A stretch of DNA of 64,000 nucleotides from Octopus vulgaris (taxonomy: Eukaryota): positions 138,136,001-138,200,000 of the forward strand of contig OX597818.1 in assembly GCA_951406725.2 (NCBI GenBank), in the 5' to 3' direction. How positions within the stretch are numbered: the first letter of the stretch is position 1; every line of letters starts with the position of its first letter. Shown piece by piece: positions 1 through 13,960 of the stretch. The notes below the pieces were generated by a model. The model was given only the letters and a program-made list of their open reading frames with translations, searched no databases and was not told where the DNA came from. Position numbers and translations under genes: made by a program.

Positions 1-59
1 TCTAAGTTAGGTACCATATTCAAGTAAATTCATTTAAATTAACTTGAATCTTTATTGCT

Positions 60-962
<903 letters not shown>

Positions 963-1187
963 GAATGACAGCGAGCAAACCCGTTTCTTTGAATACACTA
1001 TGAACTTTTTCCTAGTTAAATTTAATCTTATAAATTTGAGTGATGTTTCTCTGTCCGTTACGCTTTTATGATCGCTAACTCCTCCTAGACCGTTTGCGCA
1101 AGGACAACGAAACTCAAACCAGCAACTCCTCTAATCCCAAGGAATACCCTAAACATGTCTATTTTTTGAGGGTCACCTAATTAGGGT

Positions 1188-2122
1188 CCCCACTGATCTC
1201 CTCCTATTTTTACTGCATTTTAAACTAAATACATGGTACTGGCGACCAAATCGGAGCAATGACAATGAATTTCATACTATGATCTCCCGGGGAGTATCAT
1301 AAGGCGTTTCAATTTCTGAAGGGCCGCTTAAATTGAACCCCACTGACCCCGTTATTTTTACTGCATTCACCCCGCTCCTATACTTATTGATAAAGCTATG
1401 ATCAGTATTATTGCTTAACACATTTGCAGAAATAAGTTTGGGCATTCGAATTACCTTAATGTACACTCAAATCGAGATAAAGTATTATAACAGGTACGTT
1501 TCAAATGTGGTAGTGTGAGTATTTATATTTTGTATTTTATGAAACTTATAGTCTAGGTGGAAAACTTATCTTCCTTTACCGGTCATACATTGGTGCTTGG
1601 GCCTTCAGCCCCAGAGTTCTAGAGTTTCTTTTTTCTTCCTCAATATCCTACAAAATTCCCAACTAGCCTGAATGCCGCCTGAAGGGCGGCTTCAAGACTG
1701 GAAACTTAGCTGTAAGTCTTATAGGAAGCTGTAAGTCAAACAAGAAACTAGCTTGTATGACTATCGGCAAAGCTGGCAGAAAGCGGTTCAAGTGTTGATA
1801 CACTGATACACTGTTACAGAGATGGAATTCACGTTACATGTTGAATGATCAAGTTAATGGGACATGGGGTTTATGTATGAGTACGAGTGAAGTATAGATA
1901 TCGAGTGTTTGGGTATGGGTGTGTGGATATATGTCGGGTAAGGAGTTTGGAGTGGGGCATCGGAAAATTAATACCAGGAGATACATATGCAATGAATGTG
2001 TCCATTATATTACACAAGGGTAGAGGGCCACAAAGCGACCTGATAGTGGGGCTGAAGGCCTCAAAGGTGCCCTCGGCAAGATCTAGCCTGAATTCCACCC
2101 GAAGGGCGGCTTCAAGGCTAGT
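1188..2122. mobile_element. Putative non-autonomous Helitron/Helentron-like (HINE-type) element; boundaries uncertain
   Basis: 14-bp inverted repeat (1600-1613 / 2047-2060); a GC-rich hairpin ending CTAG|T at 2083-2122, with a second copy at 1663-1701; a motif repeated 150 bp apart (1188 and 1338). Confidence 0.4.
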
Positions 2123-2392
2123 ATAATAAATATGTATCCTTCTGAAATGTATTGCGAAATCCTTCAGTAAAATATTAAATTCTTTCTATATGCAACTCAA
2201 CATACAATCAAGCATTAATATATAAATATATACGTACGTATATACATGTATTGTGTGCATGCGTAAATATATATGCAGCTGAAGATTGCTCTACATTTTA
2301 AAACTGATGTAATATTTGCATTGTTTAATTAAATGAAGTCGCAAGAAACGATTGTACTGCACTACCTTTGGATATCCTTGTTGCTTATTTTG

Positions 2393-2446
<54 letters not shown>

Positions 2447-2728
2447 TGTTTGTTTTATTCTGTTAAGAACGTAGTAGAGTACAGTATACTAAGTTCTGGC
2501 TACGACAAACAGATAGGATGTTATTGAAGCCGAGGATTTTAAACTTTCGGAGAGAGTATTTACTTTTTGCCTGGGGAAACACAACTAGATCTCATGATGC
2601 GGGGAAACAGCTAGATAATCAAGTACCTGCACACCCGGAGAACTACGTTGCGTCGAAACAAATTGTAGTGATTAATAAAAAATAATTGTCCAGCCGTACC
2701 CCTTCTTGTTGATTCCAGTTTCTTCAAT

Positions 2729-2764
<36 letters not shown>

Positions 2765-2907
2765 CATACATATAAATATATATGAATATACATATATATT
2801 GTGAGCATATGTAAATACATATACATGTGTGTGTGCATGTGTCTCTGTGTGCGTGTGTGTGTGAGTGTGTGTGTGAGTGTGTGTGTGTATGTGTGTGTGT
2901 GTGTGTA

Positions 2908-2950
<43 letters not shown>

Positions 2951-2956
2951 GAGTGT

Positions 2957-3011
<55 letters not shown>

Positions 3012-3023
3012 AACGTATAGATA

Positions 3024-3390
3024 CAGGGTCCGAACGGTATTTGAGGACAGATTTATGATTTTTAAAATCGCTTGCATAATAACAGAACAAAATTGTATTT
3101 TTATAAAAATAACATAAACATAAGCTAGATTATCAATTTAATAATTTCATTTAATAAAACTACCATTGGCATCAATAACTGCTTTTACGGAGGGTCGAAA
3201 TCGCTTACAAGCTCGTATTAAGTGGTTCTTGTTCATATCAGACATGACTCGAACTATAGCGGCTTTCAAAGACTCTTTGGTGCGATGAAGTGTTCACTGA
3301 CATTTTTCTCAATGATGCTCCATACATTGTAGCCTAATGTATTGAGATCGGAGAATTAGGAGGCCAAATGTTGGGGGTGATGTGATCATA
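3024..3390 (-). mobile_element. Tc1/mariner-superfamily (maT/DD37D-like) transposon 3' remnant
   Basis: The minus strand encodes HITPNIWPPNSP and ...TKESLKAAIVRVMSDMNKNHLIRACKRFR...VIDANGSFIK*. The terminus ta|cagggt is at 3024. Confidence 0.7.
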
Positions 3391-3620
3391 TATGTGTGTG
3401 TGTGTGTATGACGTACATAAACGCACACACATACGCACACATACACACACATGCATGCCAAAGTAAACGCCTCTTAATGGTAAAATCTTATTGAGTTGAA
3501 GTGATGATGCGAGAGAAATATAATCACAAAAACACACATACATAGATATAAGCATATGTAACCACACACGTGCTTTTCTTGGATTTTATTTTTCCTTCTC
3601 CGGACCTTTCTTTTCTTTTG

Positions 3621-3653
3621 TTTCTGACGAAGAGCCATGTTCGAAACGTTATA
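3621..3653 (+). ncRNA. Hammerhead-like motif with canonical core in a diverged family A copy
   Basis: ttt|CTGACGA|a|gagc-cat-gttc|GAA|acgt|T, followed by the family A downstream motif ctgagcgtcaaact. Stem I is weak. Confidence 0.5.
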
Positions 3654-4359
3654 TACCCACTCGTTTTTACATCTTATGCTGAGCGTCAAACTTTTCCTAC
3701 TCATCAACCATGAAGTTTTTTCTGACGCAGAATCTGCACAACCATTTCCAAAAACATATCAAGCTTGGCTTTACACGGCCTGAATAACTTAACTAAAAGT
3801 ATTTCAAAGCCGTCACATATTCATTTTACTTAGATACTAGTAGAGTATATGGAAAATCTAAGTACACGAATTAGAGGGAATGCATATAGTGTATCAAAAA
3901 CTCTCCTACTATTGACATACCCGTCTATCACTCCGACTTGAGAATGCACAGATGCCCACTAATGGTCGAAAATGAATTTTAATGAGACATCATGGATTTA
4001 AAACCAAGCTTTAAAGTCTGGAGGCCATCTGTTTTCTTCCAAATTAAGTTTAATGCTGAGGATGTCTTACCCAAATATTGTCGGTGATTCTTTGAAGAAA
4101 GTAACTCCACGATACGTTTTAGGAATTGTTGGGTTCAAATTACAAGCAATTTGATGAGAAGAGGAAAATATTCTAACAATCAAATTATATTCACGTGTGA
4201 TGGGATACAGGAGGCTGGATTAGATGCTAGAACTGCAGATGCTGGCACAAAAATGAACCAGTTCTAGATTTCAATCCTCAGAAGAGCAGAGTTTGGTAAA
4301 AAAAAAAAAGCAAAGAAGCCAAACTCGCTATCGTGAATTTGGGTTTCGTGTATATCTTC

Positions 4360-4603
4360 GTCTAGGCTCATGAATGACACGCGTCAACCTTTTCGCTAAT
4401 ACCTTGGCCAAAATCTTCACCTCTGCGTTTAGCAGGGTGATGGGCCTGAAATTATCTATTCTATCCTCCTTGCCTGAGTCTTTCCTGATCAGCGTCACCA
4501 CTCCCCGGCGTACAGATCTGGGGATCCTCCCATTCTGATTCCAGTTCGCAAAGACGCTGGCCAGTACTGGCCCGAACAAGTCGAGAAACAATCGAGAAAA
4601 CAA
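4360..4603 (-). mobile_element. L1/Tx1-clade LINE ORF2 reverse transcriptase fragment
   Basis: RRGVVTLIRK...IDNFRPITLLNAEVKILAKVLAKRL is the RT domain 1-2 signature. Confidence 0.85.
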
Positions 4604-4699
4604 GCGGCAGAAATGGGGTTTCTCTGAAGGATGTCATGACAGGGTACGTAGCTCGGAGATAAAGGAGTCTGTCAAAGGCAAGTCGTTACTTCTCTGCAT

Positions 4700-4945
4700 T
4701 GAGAGGTCGTAGCTTCGGTAATACAGACATGTGATTAGAATGTTGCGGGGACGAATCGCAAGACGACTCCTCAATCCCTGCTTAAACACCAGGAGACCTG
4801 GGGACAGACCAAGAAGAAGGTGGTTGGATAATCTCCATAATCTCAGTTGGTTCAGCTTAGGAATCCTACCGGAAACTGTAATGGTTGCTTCTGGGCCCTA
4901 CAGGACTCTACTCCCAGAAATAAAAGGTTGAGAAGATAGATAAAT
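4700..4945 (+). mobile_element. RTE-clade LINE 3' remnant
   Basis: RRPGDRPRRRWLDNLHNLSWFSLGI resembles the RTE C-terminal GRPxxRWxD motif. Confidence 0.55.
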
Positions 4946-5081
4946 GGATGAATAGATCTGACACATTAGGACAATGTGTTATTAATAGAATGCCATACAA
5001 CTTCCTTAACAATTATCTCATTATTGGACATATATTTTTAATAATTAAAATATCGCTATTAGAATAATTATTGGTTATGGT

Positions 5082-5533
5082 AAGGCGGCGAGTTGGCAGA
5101 ATCATTAGCGCGCCGGGCAAAGTGCTTAGCGGCATTTCGTCCGTCTTCAGGTTCTGAATTGAAATTCCTCCGAGGTCGAATTTGCCTTTCACCCTTTCGG
5201 GTTCGATAAAATAAGTACCAATTGAACACTAGGATCGATGTAATCGGCTTAACCTTTCCCTCAAAATTACTGACCTTGTGCCAAAATTTGAAACTAATAT
5301 TTAAGTTAACATAAGGCAGCGATCTGGCAGAATCGTTACCGCGTCGAACAAAATGCTTACTGGCATTCCGTCCGTCTTTACGTTCTGAGTTCAAATTCCG
5401 CCGAGCTCGACTTTGCAATTCATTCCTTTCAGAGTCGATAAAATAAGTATCAGTTGATTACTGGAATCGATGTAATCGATTTACACCTTACCGATCAAGC
5501 TTCCTGGCCTGGTACGAAAATTTCAGACCAATA
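5082..5533 (+). mobile_element. Two tandem copies of SINE family 1 (tRNA-like head, Meta-domain-like core)
   Basis: ggcggcgag(c/t)tggcagaatc head, B box gagttcaaattcc, core gactttgcctttcatcctttcggggtcgataaaataagtacc, tail type 3 (ccttgtgccaaaatttgaaac). Confidence 0.8.
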
Positions 5534-5769
5534 TTACTGGTTATGGCTTTCGTTTGTTGGTTGAGGAAACAAAAGCGGTTGGTTATCTGCAGTGATGGCC
5601 TTGGCCTTAGTAGTAGTCATTGTGATGTTGTTCATGATGGCGATTATGATGGGAAAGTTAGTTGTAGAGATGGCGGTGGTATAGGGATGTGGTAGTGGTG
5701 GTTGTAGAGACTGCAATGGCTATGATGAAGACTATACTGGAGGTTGTTTAAAGGGATGATTGCGGCATT

Positions 5770-6357
<588 letters not shown>

Positions 6358-6829
6358 AGTGAGAATTATGATGCTGACGGGGAATGAGATGGTGGTGGTG
6401 GTGGTGGTGGGGATAACGATGGTAATAGTGGTAATAGCGTTAGTGATTTTGATAGGGGAGGGGCCGCTCGCGTGGTGGAAATTGTGATGTAATAGTAATA
6501 GCGAGTCTTATTGTGGTGACGTTGCTATGGCTGCCCTTCTGGTTTTAAGGATGGTGGTGGTGATGGCGTGGTCGTCGCGGCAGTACCGATGTCGGTCGAG
6601 GTAGTAACTGACAGAATATAGAAAGCTGTAGACTTGTAATATGGTGTCTTGTGTATGTGTGTGCAAAGCCAACAAAACTGACATCTTCCGTCACCCTATC
6701 AATCCCCTTTTTTCTTCCAAATAGTTCTCATTGTGTATAATCACTTCTTCCCCACCCCACACTGGACTACATTGCATATACTAAATCTTCCTATATGTAT
6801 GTTTGCGCGTGAGCGCTTGTACACACACA

Positions 6830-6893
<64 letters not shown>

Positions 6894-6977
6894 CGCAGGT
6901 AGTTGATATGTATGTATATATATATATAACACAAATACACACGTATATCAGTGTATATATTTATATATGTATGTTTG

Positions 6978-7023
<46 letters not shown>

Positions 7024-7293
7024 TACGTACATATGTACGTATGTTTATATGAATGTATGTATATATATAGATGGATATATATGTATGCATGTATGTATGT
7101 ATGTATGTATGTATGTATGTATGTATGTATGTATGTGAGTGTGTGTGTGTGTGTGTCTACATATATATATGTACATATATTTTTGAGTATGTGTGTGTAT
7201 ATATACATATATATATATGTATATATATACACACACATACATATGTGTATGTATGTATATAATTTTGTACGTATGTATGTGTATGTGTGTGTG

Positions 7294-7340
<47 letters not shown>

Positions 7341-7771
7341 TGTATGTATGTTCACACTACTCTTTGCACACATTCACATGACATGCGTGCTGTACCTGTT
7401 TTGGTGAGAAAAGCCCGGTTTTAATTTGCAGGATTTTGCCATGGTTTATGATGGACAGTGATAGGTGCACAAGGCCGACGGCCTGTCAGGCCACACCAAT
7501 ATCTTAACAAACCAGGCGGACAAACACACACACACACACACACACACTCACACACTCACATACACATACATACGAAACCGGAGGCGGGAGGAAGGCGATA
7601 TGATGATTGTTAAGAAAGACTGTGTCTCTGTTTGGACTTCCCATGATATAATGCTTGAAATAAAAACGTATCACTGGCGGACATTGTCTTCGGTGTTGTA
7701 TTTATGTTCATAGTTATTTTCTATGGACGACGGTTTCCAGGGTGGATTTTATGTTGATTTGTTTCAGAGAG

Positions 7772-7803
<32 letters not shown>

Positions 7804-7830
7804 GGCGCATGCATGGCTGTGTGGTTAAGA

Positions 7831-8122
7831 GGCGGCGAGCTGGCAGAAACGTCAGCACGCCGGGCGAAATGCTTAGCGGTATTTCGTCTGCGTTACGTTG
7901 TGAGTTCAAATTCCGCCGAGGTCGACTTTGCCTTTCATCCTTTCGGGGTCGATAAATTAAGTACCAGTTACGCACTGGGGTCGATGTAATCGACTTAATA
8001 CCTATGTCTGTCCTTGTTTGTCCCCTCTGTGTTTAGCTCCTTGTGGGTAGTAAAGAAATAGGTATTTCATCTGCCGTTACGTTCTGAGTTCAAATTCCGC
8101 CGAAGTGGGTAATAAAGAAATA
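7831..8122 (+). mobile_element. SINE family 1 with partial internal re-start, inserted into the head of a family 2 SINE
   Basis: TSD ggttaagagg at 7823-7832 and 8123-8132. The interrupted family 2 sequence continues to about 8272. Confidence 0.85.
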
Positions 8123-8270
8123 GGTTAAGAGGTTTACATTTCAAGTGCATTGTTTCGAGTTCAGTCAGGCCTGCTGCGCGGCTTTTTGGGAAAGTGCCTT
8201 TTACTAAAACTTCAAGCCCACCATTGTCTTTTCAAAACATTTGATTGTCAGAAACTGTGGAAGCCTGTCG

Positions 8271-8417
<147 letters not shown>

Positions 8418-8588
8418 TACAAATTGAGATAGGGGTTGTGAGTGCAACCCTCCATGGGATAACAAATATCCAATATACTGCCAGTACAGCACCCAACAAA
8501 GTTAATACATAAATGTTAAGAATTGCGAAGCAATTAATTCATTTATTGTATTATATGGGCAAAAGTAAAATGTTTTACCACAAATTAA

Positions 8589-8763
8589 TAATACAAAATA
8601 AGAAAATGGAGAAACACATCTATATCAATAATCAACTACCAGATAATACCCAATCCCATAATTTATTAACCTATCATATGTAGTGGGTTAATAAATTATG
8701 TGATTGGGTATTATCTGGTTGTTGATTATTGATTAAGGTGTATTTCTCCATTTTCTTATTTTG

Positions 8764-8768
<5 letters not shown>
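8589..8768. repeat. Imperfect inverted repeat, about 83-bp arms, adjacent to (TA)n
   Basis: 8589-8671 is the reverse complement of 8687-8768, with several mismatches. Confidence 0.85.
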
Positions 8769-8809
<41 letters not shown>

Positions 8810-8815
<6 letters not shown>

Positions 8816-8874
8816 GAAAGAATGGAGTCGAACGACTTTGTTAAATCGTCGTTCGACTCCATTCTTTCATTTAT
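8810..8874. repeat. Perfect 27-bp inverted repeat with 11-bp spacer
   Basis: ataaatgaaagaatggagtcgaacgac / gtcgttcgactccattctttcatttat. Confidence 0.9.
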
Positions 8875-9049
8875 CTATAGTGAAAAAACACACAAATTTC
8901 CACACGAAAACACGTGATTTCTGCCCTTGGCATGTAGCTTCAACCGTGCTTTCTGACGTAAATTTGCTACCCGGGTATCGGTTAACCGAATTATCCATAC
9001 TAGGATAATTCATTCAACTACTTAAATATATATATATATATATATATAT

Positions 9050-9245
9050 ACCCATACTCAATGATAAGTAAAAAGAATATATGCTCTCTTGTTTCTATAA
9101 TTCATTAAAACAAAAGCAGGAGTTGAGCAATTTATTACATCATTTTTTGACACAATCTCCTCACTTTTCCATGCACTTGTTCCAACGGTACACAAGCTTA
9201 CTTATTCTATCGGAGAAGAATGTTTTCTGCTAAGCATAGCCGTTT
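9050..9245 (-). mobile_element. mariner transposase C-terminal remnant
   Basis: The minus strand reads ...FFSDRISKLVYRWNKCMEK*GDCVKK, matching the mariner end motif (GIxKLxxRWxKCxxxxGDYVE). Confidence 0.6.
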
Positions 9246-9249
9246 ATGC

Positions 9250-9470
9250 ACCATTTCCTTCACTTAGATAGTCACAGACACGTGTACTCTTAACGTAGTT
9301 CTCGGGGAGATTCAGCGTGACACAGAGTCTGGCAAGGCTGAAACGGGAAGAAAGAGCGAGAGAAAGTTGTAGTGAAAGAGCACAACAAGGTACGCCTGGT
9401 CTGGGAATCGAAACCGTGATCCTACGACCGCGAGTCCGCTGTCCTAACCACGGGGCCATTGCGCCTCCAC
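9250..9470 (-). mobile_element. SINE family 3 (tRNA-derived), internally deleted
   Basis: Reverse complement of the ggaggcgcaatggccc..ggttagg head plus the cccgagaactacgttaag body. Confidence 0.8.
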
Positions 9471-9593
9471 ATGTACATATACATGTATGTATGTAACGGG
9501 AAGCTTTATGAAAATAAACAAAAGACGAAGGCAGGTGGAATACAAACAAACAATTGTATTAGTATGGCGCTCAGGAATATAAATAAAACAAGT

Positions 9594-9629
9594 CTTTTAC
9601 GTTTCGAGCCTATGCTCTTCAACAGAAAG
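9594..9629 (-). ncRNA. Minimal hammerhead-like motif, family A (A6U core, palindromic ACGT stem III)
   Basis: Reverse complement cttt|CTGTTGA|a|gagc-atag-gctc|GAA|acgt|A|aaag. Confidence 0.6.
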
Positions 9630-9673
9630 ATACACAGAAAAGAAACACGGAAAGAAACAAGGAGAGAGAAAAA

Positions 9674-9704
<31 letters not shown>

Positions 9705-9756
9705 TGTATGTATGTATGTATGTATAGAGTGTCTAAAGTAGTGTACAGATATTGTA

Positions 9757-10211
9757 TATTGAGAAAAATGAGGCAGTCAGAATTTTGGATAATTCTTTCT
9801 TAGCGCTTTCGTTCGTTTTTCGAACTCGTGAAGAGAAACTCAAAATCAAAATGGTGTAAATGGAACATTTCGTTGTTCATTTGGATGAATCGGATGCTTT
9901 TCTGATTTGTTTAGAAGAGGAGAAATATGCTTTTCTGTGGGTTTTTTTTTTTTTTTTGAAAAGAGGGGAACGAGAGGAAGAATTGCGAAAGGGGGGCCTC
10001 TTTGCTTTTCTTTCTCTCCCCGCACCCCCGAAAAAAACCATTTTTCTCCTCTTCTAAATAAAGCAAAACAACATCTGATTGATATAAATGAACAAGCAAA
10101 CGTTCTGTTTTTACCATTTTGATTTTAATTTTATCTTCACGAATTCGATAAACGAACGAAATCGCTAATATAGAATTATCCAAAATTCTGACTGCCTCAT
10201 TTTTCTTAATA
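9757..10211. mobile_element. MITE / fold-back element with about 100-bp TIRs and TA flanks
   Basis: attgagaaaaatgaggcagtcagaattttggataattct... is mirrored by ...agaattatccaaaattctgactgcctcatttttcttaat. There is also an inner inverted repeat, tttagaagaggaga / tctcctcttctaaa. Confidence 0.85.
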
Positions 10212-10226
10212 TATATACGTGCATGT

Positions 10227-10606
10227 GGAGGCGCAATGGCCCAGTGGTTAGGGCAGCGGACTCGCGGTCGTAGGATCGCGGTTTCGATTCCCAGACCGGG
10301 CGTTGTGAGTGTTTATTGAGCGAAAACACCCAAAGCTCAACGTGGCTCCGGCAGGGGATGGTGGTGATCCCTGCTGTGCTCTTTCACCACAACTTTCTCT
10401 CACTCTTACTTCCTGTTTCTGTTGTACCTGTATTTCAAAGGGCCGGCCTTGTCACTCTCTGTGTCACGCTGAATATCCCCGAGAACTACGTTAAGGGTAC
10501 ACGTGTCTGTGGAGTGCTCAGCCACTTATACGTTAATTTCACGAGCAGGCTGTTCCGTTGATCGAATCAACCGGAACCCTCATCGTCGTAACCGACGGAG
10601 TGCTTC
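10227..10606 (+). mobile_element. SINE family 3, full length
   Basis: A box tggcccagtgg, B box gtttcgattcc, 3' end gtcgtaaccgacggagtgc; near-identical copy at 31654-32022. Confidence 0.85.
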
Positions 10607-11250
10607 CATTCCATACGTGCGTGTGTGTGCGCGTGTTTGCTATTGTGCTCCCACTTTATGACAACCGGTGCTGAGTTGTTTAAATCCCCAGGACTTAACG
10701 ACTCGAAGTCCTGGGGTTGATTTAAACATCAGACTGACCTAAGCATGGTCGCAGTTTAATGACTGAAGTAAATACAAAATAAAAGAAATATTTTGGTGGT
10801 TGTGAAGACTTTCAGACTTTATGGATGTTCCAAGTTATGATCGCGATACTATCTTTGTTTTTTAACCGAAGGTCAGCTCTAATCGAGTAGACTTATATCA
10901 AACGCATTCTTTCCGTGACCATCCAGTGACCATAGGGTATGTGGAACTGCATAATCTAAAGACGTCCTTTGTTTTCTTTTTCTTGGGAGTCAGTTGAAGG
11001 TATTCTTGACGGGAACACGTAAAGCCGAAGGAACACGGAAAGCTCAGCTCTTGTTGGGTAGTGTTTTCGATGTTTCTGGTGGTGGTTGTTATAATGTCAT
11101 TTTTTATAGAATTTTGGTCATGGTTTTTGTTGTTGTTGCTGTCGACATTGTCGCTTTTTTTGTGGTGGCAGTGGTGGTGGTAGTGGTGGTGGTAGTGGTG
11201 GTCTTCGTGCTACTTCTGCTGCTACTAGTAGTGGTCATCGTCCTTGTGTG

Positions 11251-11298
<48 letters not shown>

Positions 11299-11328
11299 TG
11301 CACTTTTATGTACATGTCTGCGTACAGA

Positions 11329-11362
<34 letters not shown>

Positions 11363-11406
11363 TGCAGTAGTCGTAGTAGTTGCAGTAGTCGTAGTAGTTG
11401 CTATCG

Positions 11407-11456
<50 letters not shown>

Positions 11457-11590
11457 ACTCTTTCCGTTACTGCTCCATCACCGAGTCTGTAGTTGGTTGG
11501 ACAGTGTCCGAGCCATTAGCAAGCTCAGGTCTGGCATAGATGTATGTATGGTGCACTTAACGGATTTCACCACGATAATTTGTTTGTACA

Positions 11591-11623
<33 letters not shown>

Positions 11624-11706
11624 ATAAATATATTTATGTATGGAATGTCTGAGCATATTTACGTATATGCACATATATATATGTATATATATTTAGATAC
11701 ACACAT

Positions 11707-11742
<36 letters not shown>

Positions 11743-11800
11743 TATTTAATATTATGTAGCTAATAACCTTATAGCATGTTTTCCAAAGCTTCCCTCTCAC

Positions 11801-11853
<53 letters not shown>

Positions 11854-11855
11854 AT

Positions 11856-11893
<38 letters not shown>

Positions 11894-12139
11894 ATATGTA
11901 TGTATGTATGTATGTATATGTGTATATATACAAAGAGTTAGATTGATAAGTAGATAGACAGTCAGACGGACAGGCAGACAGATATTGCATAACTTACATT
12001 AAAGGACCTTGGGAAAGAACTTGGGAAGAGAGGGAGAGAGAAAGGGTGAGGCAGCAAAGGAGAGACGGACAAGGACTTGAAAGATGTAGCCTTATAACCA
12101 CGCACATGCATATGTATACAGATGTGTATATACGCGCGT

Positions 12140-12193
<54 letters not shown>

Positions 12194-12319
12194 TCATATA
12201 TGCATATATATGTATTATCAATTACATATTTATGCAGTTATGTTATTACATACAGATGTAAAGACAAAGAGGTTGGGAGGCTGGGAATTTCCCCCACCGC
12301 TGGGGATAGTGATCACAAT

Positions 12320-13380
12320 TTAAGAACACGACATTATTCGAAATCGCACTATTCGAACATATAATAAATTCGTGTAGAATGACCTTTTGATGTCCAGACT
12401 TTGAAAGTAGTAGAGGATTGGAGTGCGTGGGAAAATCGATATACGTAAAGTATAAAATTTAATGAATTAGATGCTGCTTTATAATTCGCCATTCCATTGT
12501 CTTTATTCAGAATACGTAAAGATTATATTGGTTTAAATTTATTTTTTTCATATAGTCTAAAAACTTTTTTGTTTGTTTGTTTTGAGTTTTCTTTCTTTTT
12601 GTGCATGACCCTATAACAGCTGAGTGCATTTTTCAACATGTCTTCTAAAGTTCCCTCTCTCTTTCTCTCTCATCGGATCTGCAGCCGTTATCATCTACTT
12701 TCAGTCTCCCAAAATTCTAAGAATAGCAACGAGTTCTTTAATTGAGAATTCTTTTGTTTGCTTGCTTCTAATCTTCATCTGTTCTGTTTTGGCCATTATC
12801 CTCATCATCTGCACGTTAAACTATAATGTATGATTGATTTCTGCAACGGTTCCTGTAACTTCAGCCCCGAATCTACCAAACTTATTAGCGCAATGAGAAA
12901 TTATATTTTTCTAATTTTTTTTTCTTTAAACAACCTTCATATTCCTCGTTATTATCTCACACTTTACATCATTAGCATTTTCCATTCGTTTCTTTATATT
13001 AATTCTTTTTAATTCATTTTTTAAGCTATTCTTTGTTCTTTGTGTGTTCTTCCCAAAGGCTGTTAAATTAATTGCATTTTCACCCCATCTCCGTTTTTGT
13101 TTTGTTTTGTCTTTTTTTTCATCATAATAGCTTAGATAAAAGTTTTGAGTAAATAGTAGGGTTTGACTATTGCTATTACCCCCTGGTCTATTGACTACAG
13201 CAGCGAAGTCATAGTCGAGGGTAGTAAAAATACACTTTACATTCTGACAAAAGTCACCGAGTACATTTAGATATCCTAAAGCATTATCAAACGTTAATAA
13301 CATTTCAGACTCTGAATTTATAGACTTACGATAGCTTTCTGTTTCGTGACAAGAATAATTCTTAAATCAATCTTCTTCAT
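12320..13380 (-). mobile_element. pogo/Tigger-like (DDE_1) DNA transposon remnant
   Basis: LLTFDNALGY...NVKCIF, then a frameshifted TTSLL..DQGVIA region, resembling the DDE_1 motifs LLxxDNAPGH and QPxDQGVI. Confidence 0.6.
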
Positions 13381-13654
13381 GTAACAATTGAGTTGTATTT
13401 CCTTGAGTTGTATTTCCTTGAAACTAGTAGAAATGTCTGTTTGAGCTCTTTGTAAGCACATGTGTTTTCAGACCCACAGATCACGAAGATTCCCCAGAAG
13501 ACATTATAATCCAATAAAAAGGGATGAGTTATTAGTATCCAGTTTGAGGAGAGATTTGCAGTTATCCTTTCATCGCTAAGTAAGTTCCCCCAACAATCCC
13601 CTCTCACCCATATGAAGAAAGAAGAAAGAAATGGTTCCTTCTTGAGCCATTCGA

Positions 13655-13880
13655 GGTTCATAAGGAACGGTTTCCCGGTTTCAGTGGCGTATATATTCCC
13701 CACCTGGACGGGACGCCGACCCCTTGCAGTGTTACTCATTTTTGCTAGCTGGGTAGACTGGAGCATCGTGAAATTTAGTGTTTTGCTCAAGAAAACAACG
13801 CGTCGCCCGGTACAGGAATCGAAACCATAATCTTATGATTAAGAGTCCAACACTCCTAACTACTAAGCCGCGCGCCTCCA
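13655..13880 (-). mobile_element. SINE family 4 (tRNA head with CORE-like segment)
   Basis: Reverse complement of ggaggcgcgcggcttagt...ttcttgagcaaaacac...gctccagtc; other copies at 20361-20626 and 38372-38630. Confidence 0.75.
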
Positions 13881-13960
13881 CCCTTGTACCTGTAGTAGAA
13901 AGAAAAAAATTAAACTTGTTTATTAATATAAGCACCATCTTCAATATTACTTTTCCCTTT

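Noticed and set aside
3780-4150. Possible Penelope RT remnant on the minus strand (SRL*SL...IHFRPLV, resembling RLYGLPKIH...PLRPIV)
   Set aside because: Too degenerate and frameshifted to support by eye; a translated HMM search would decide.
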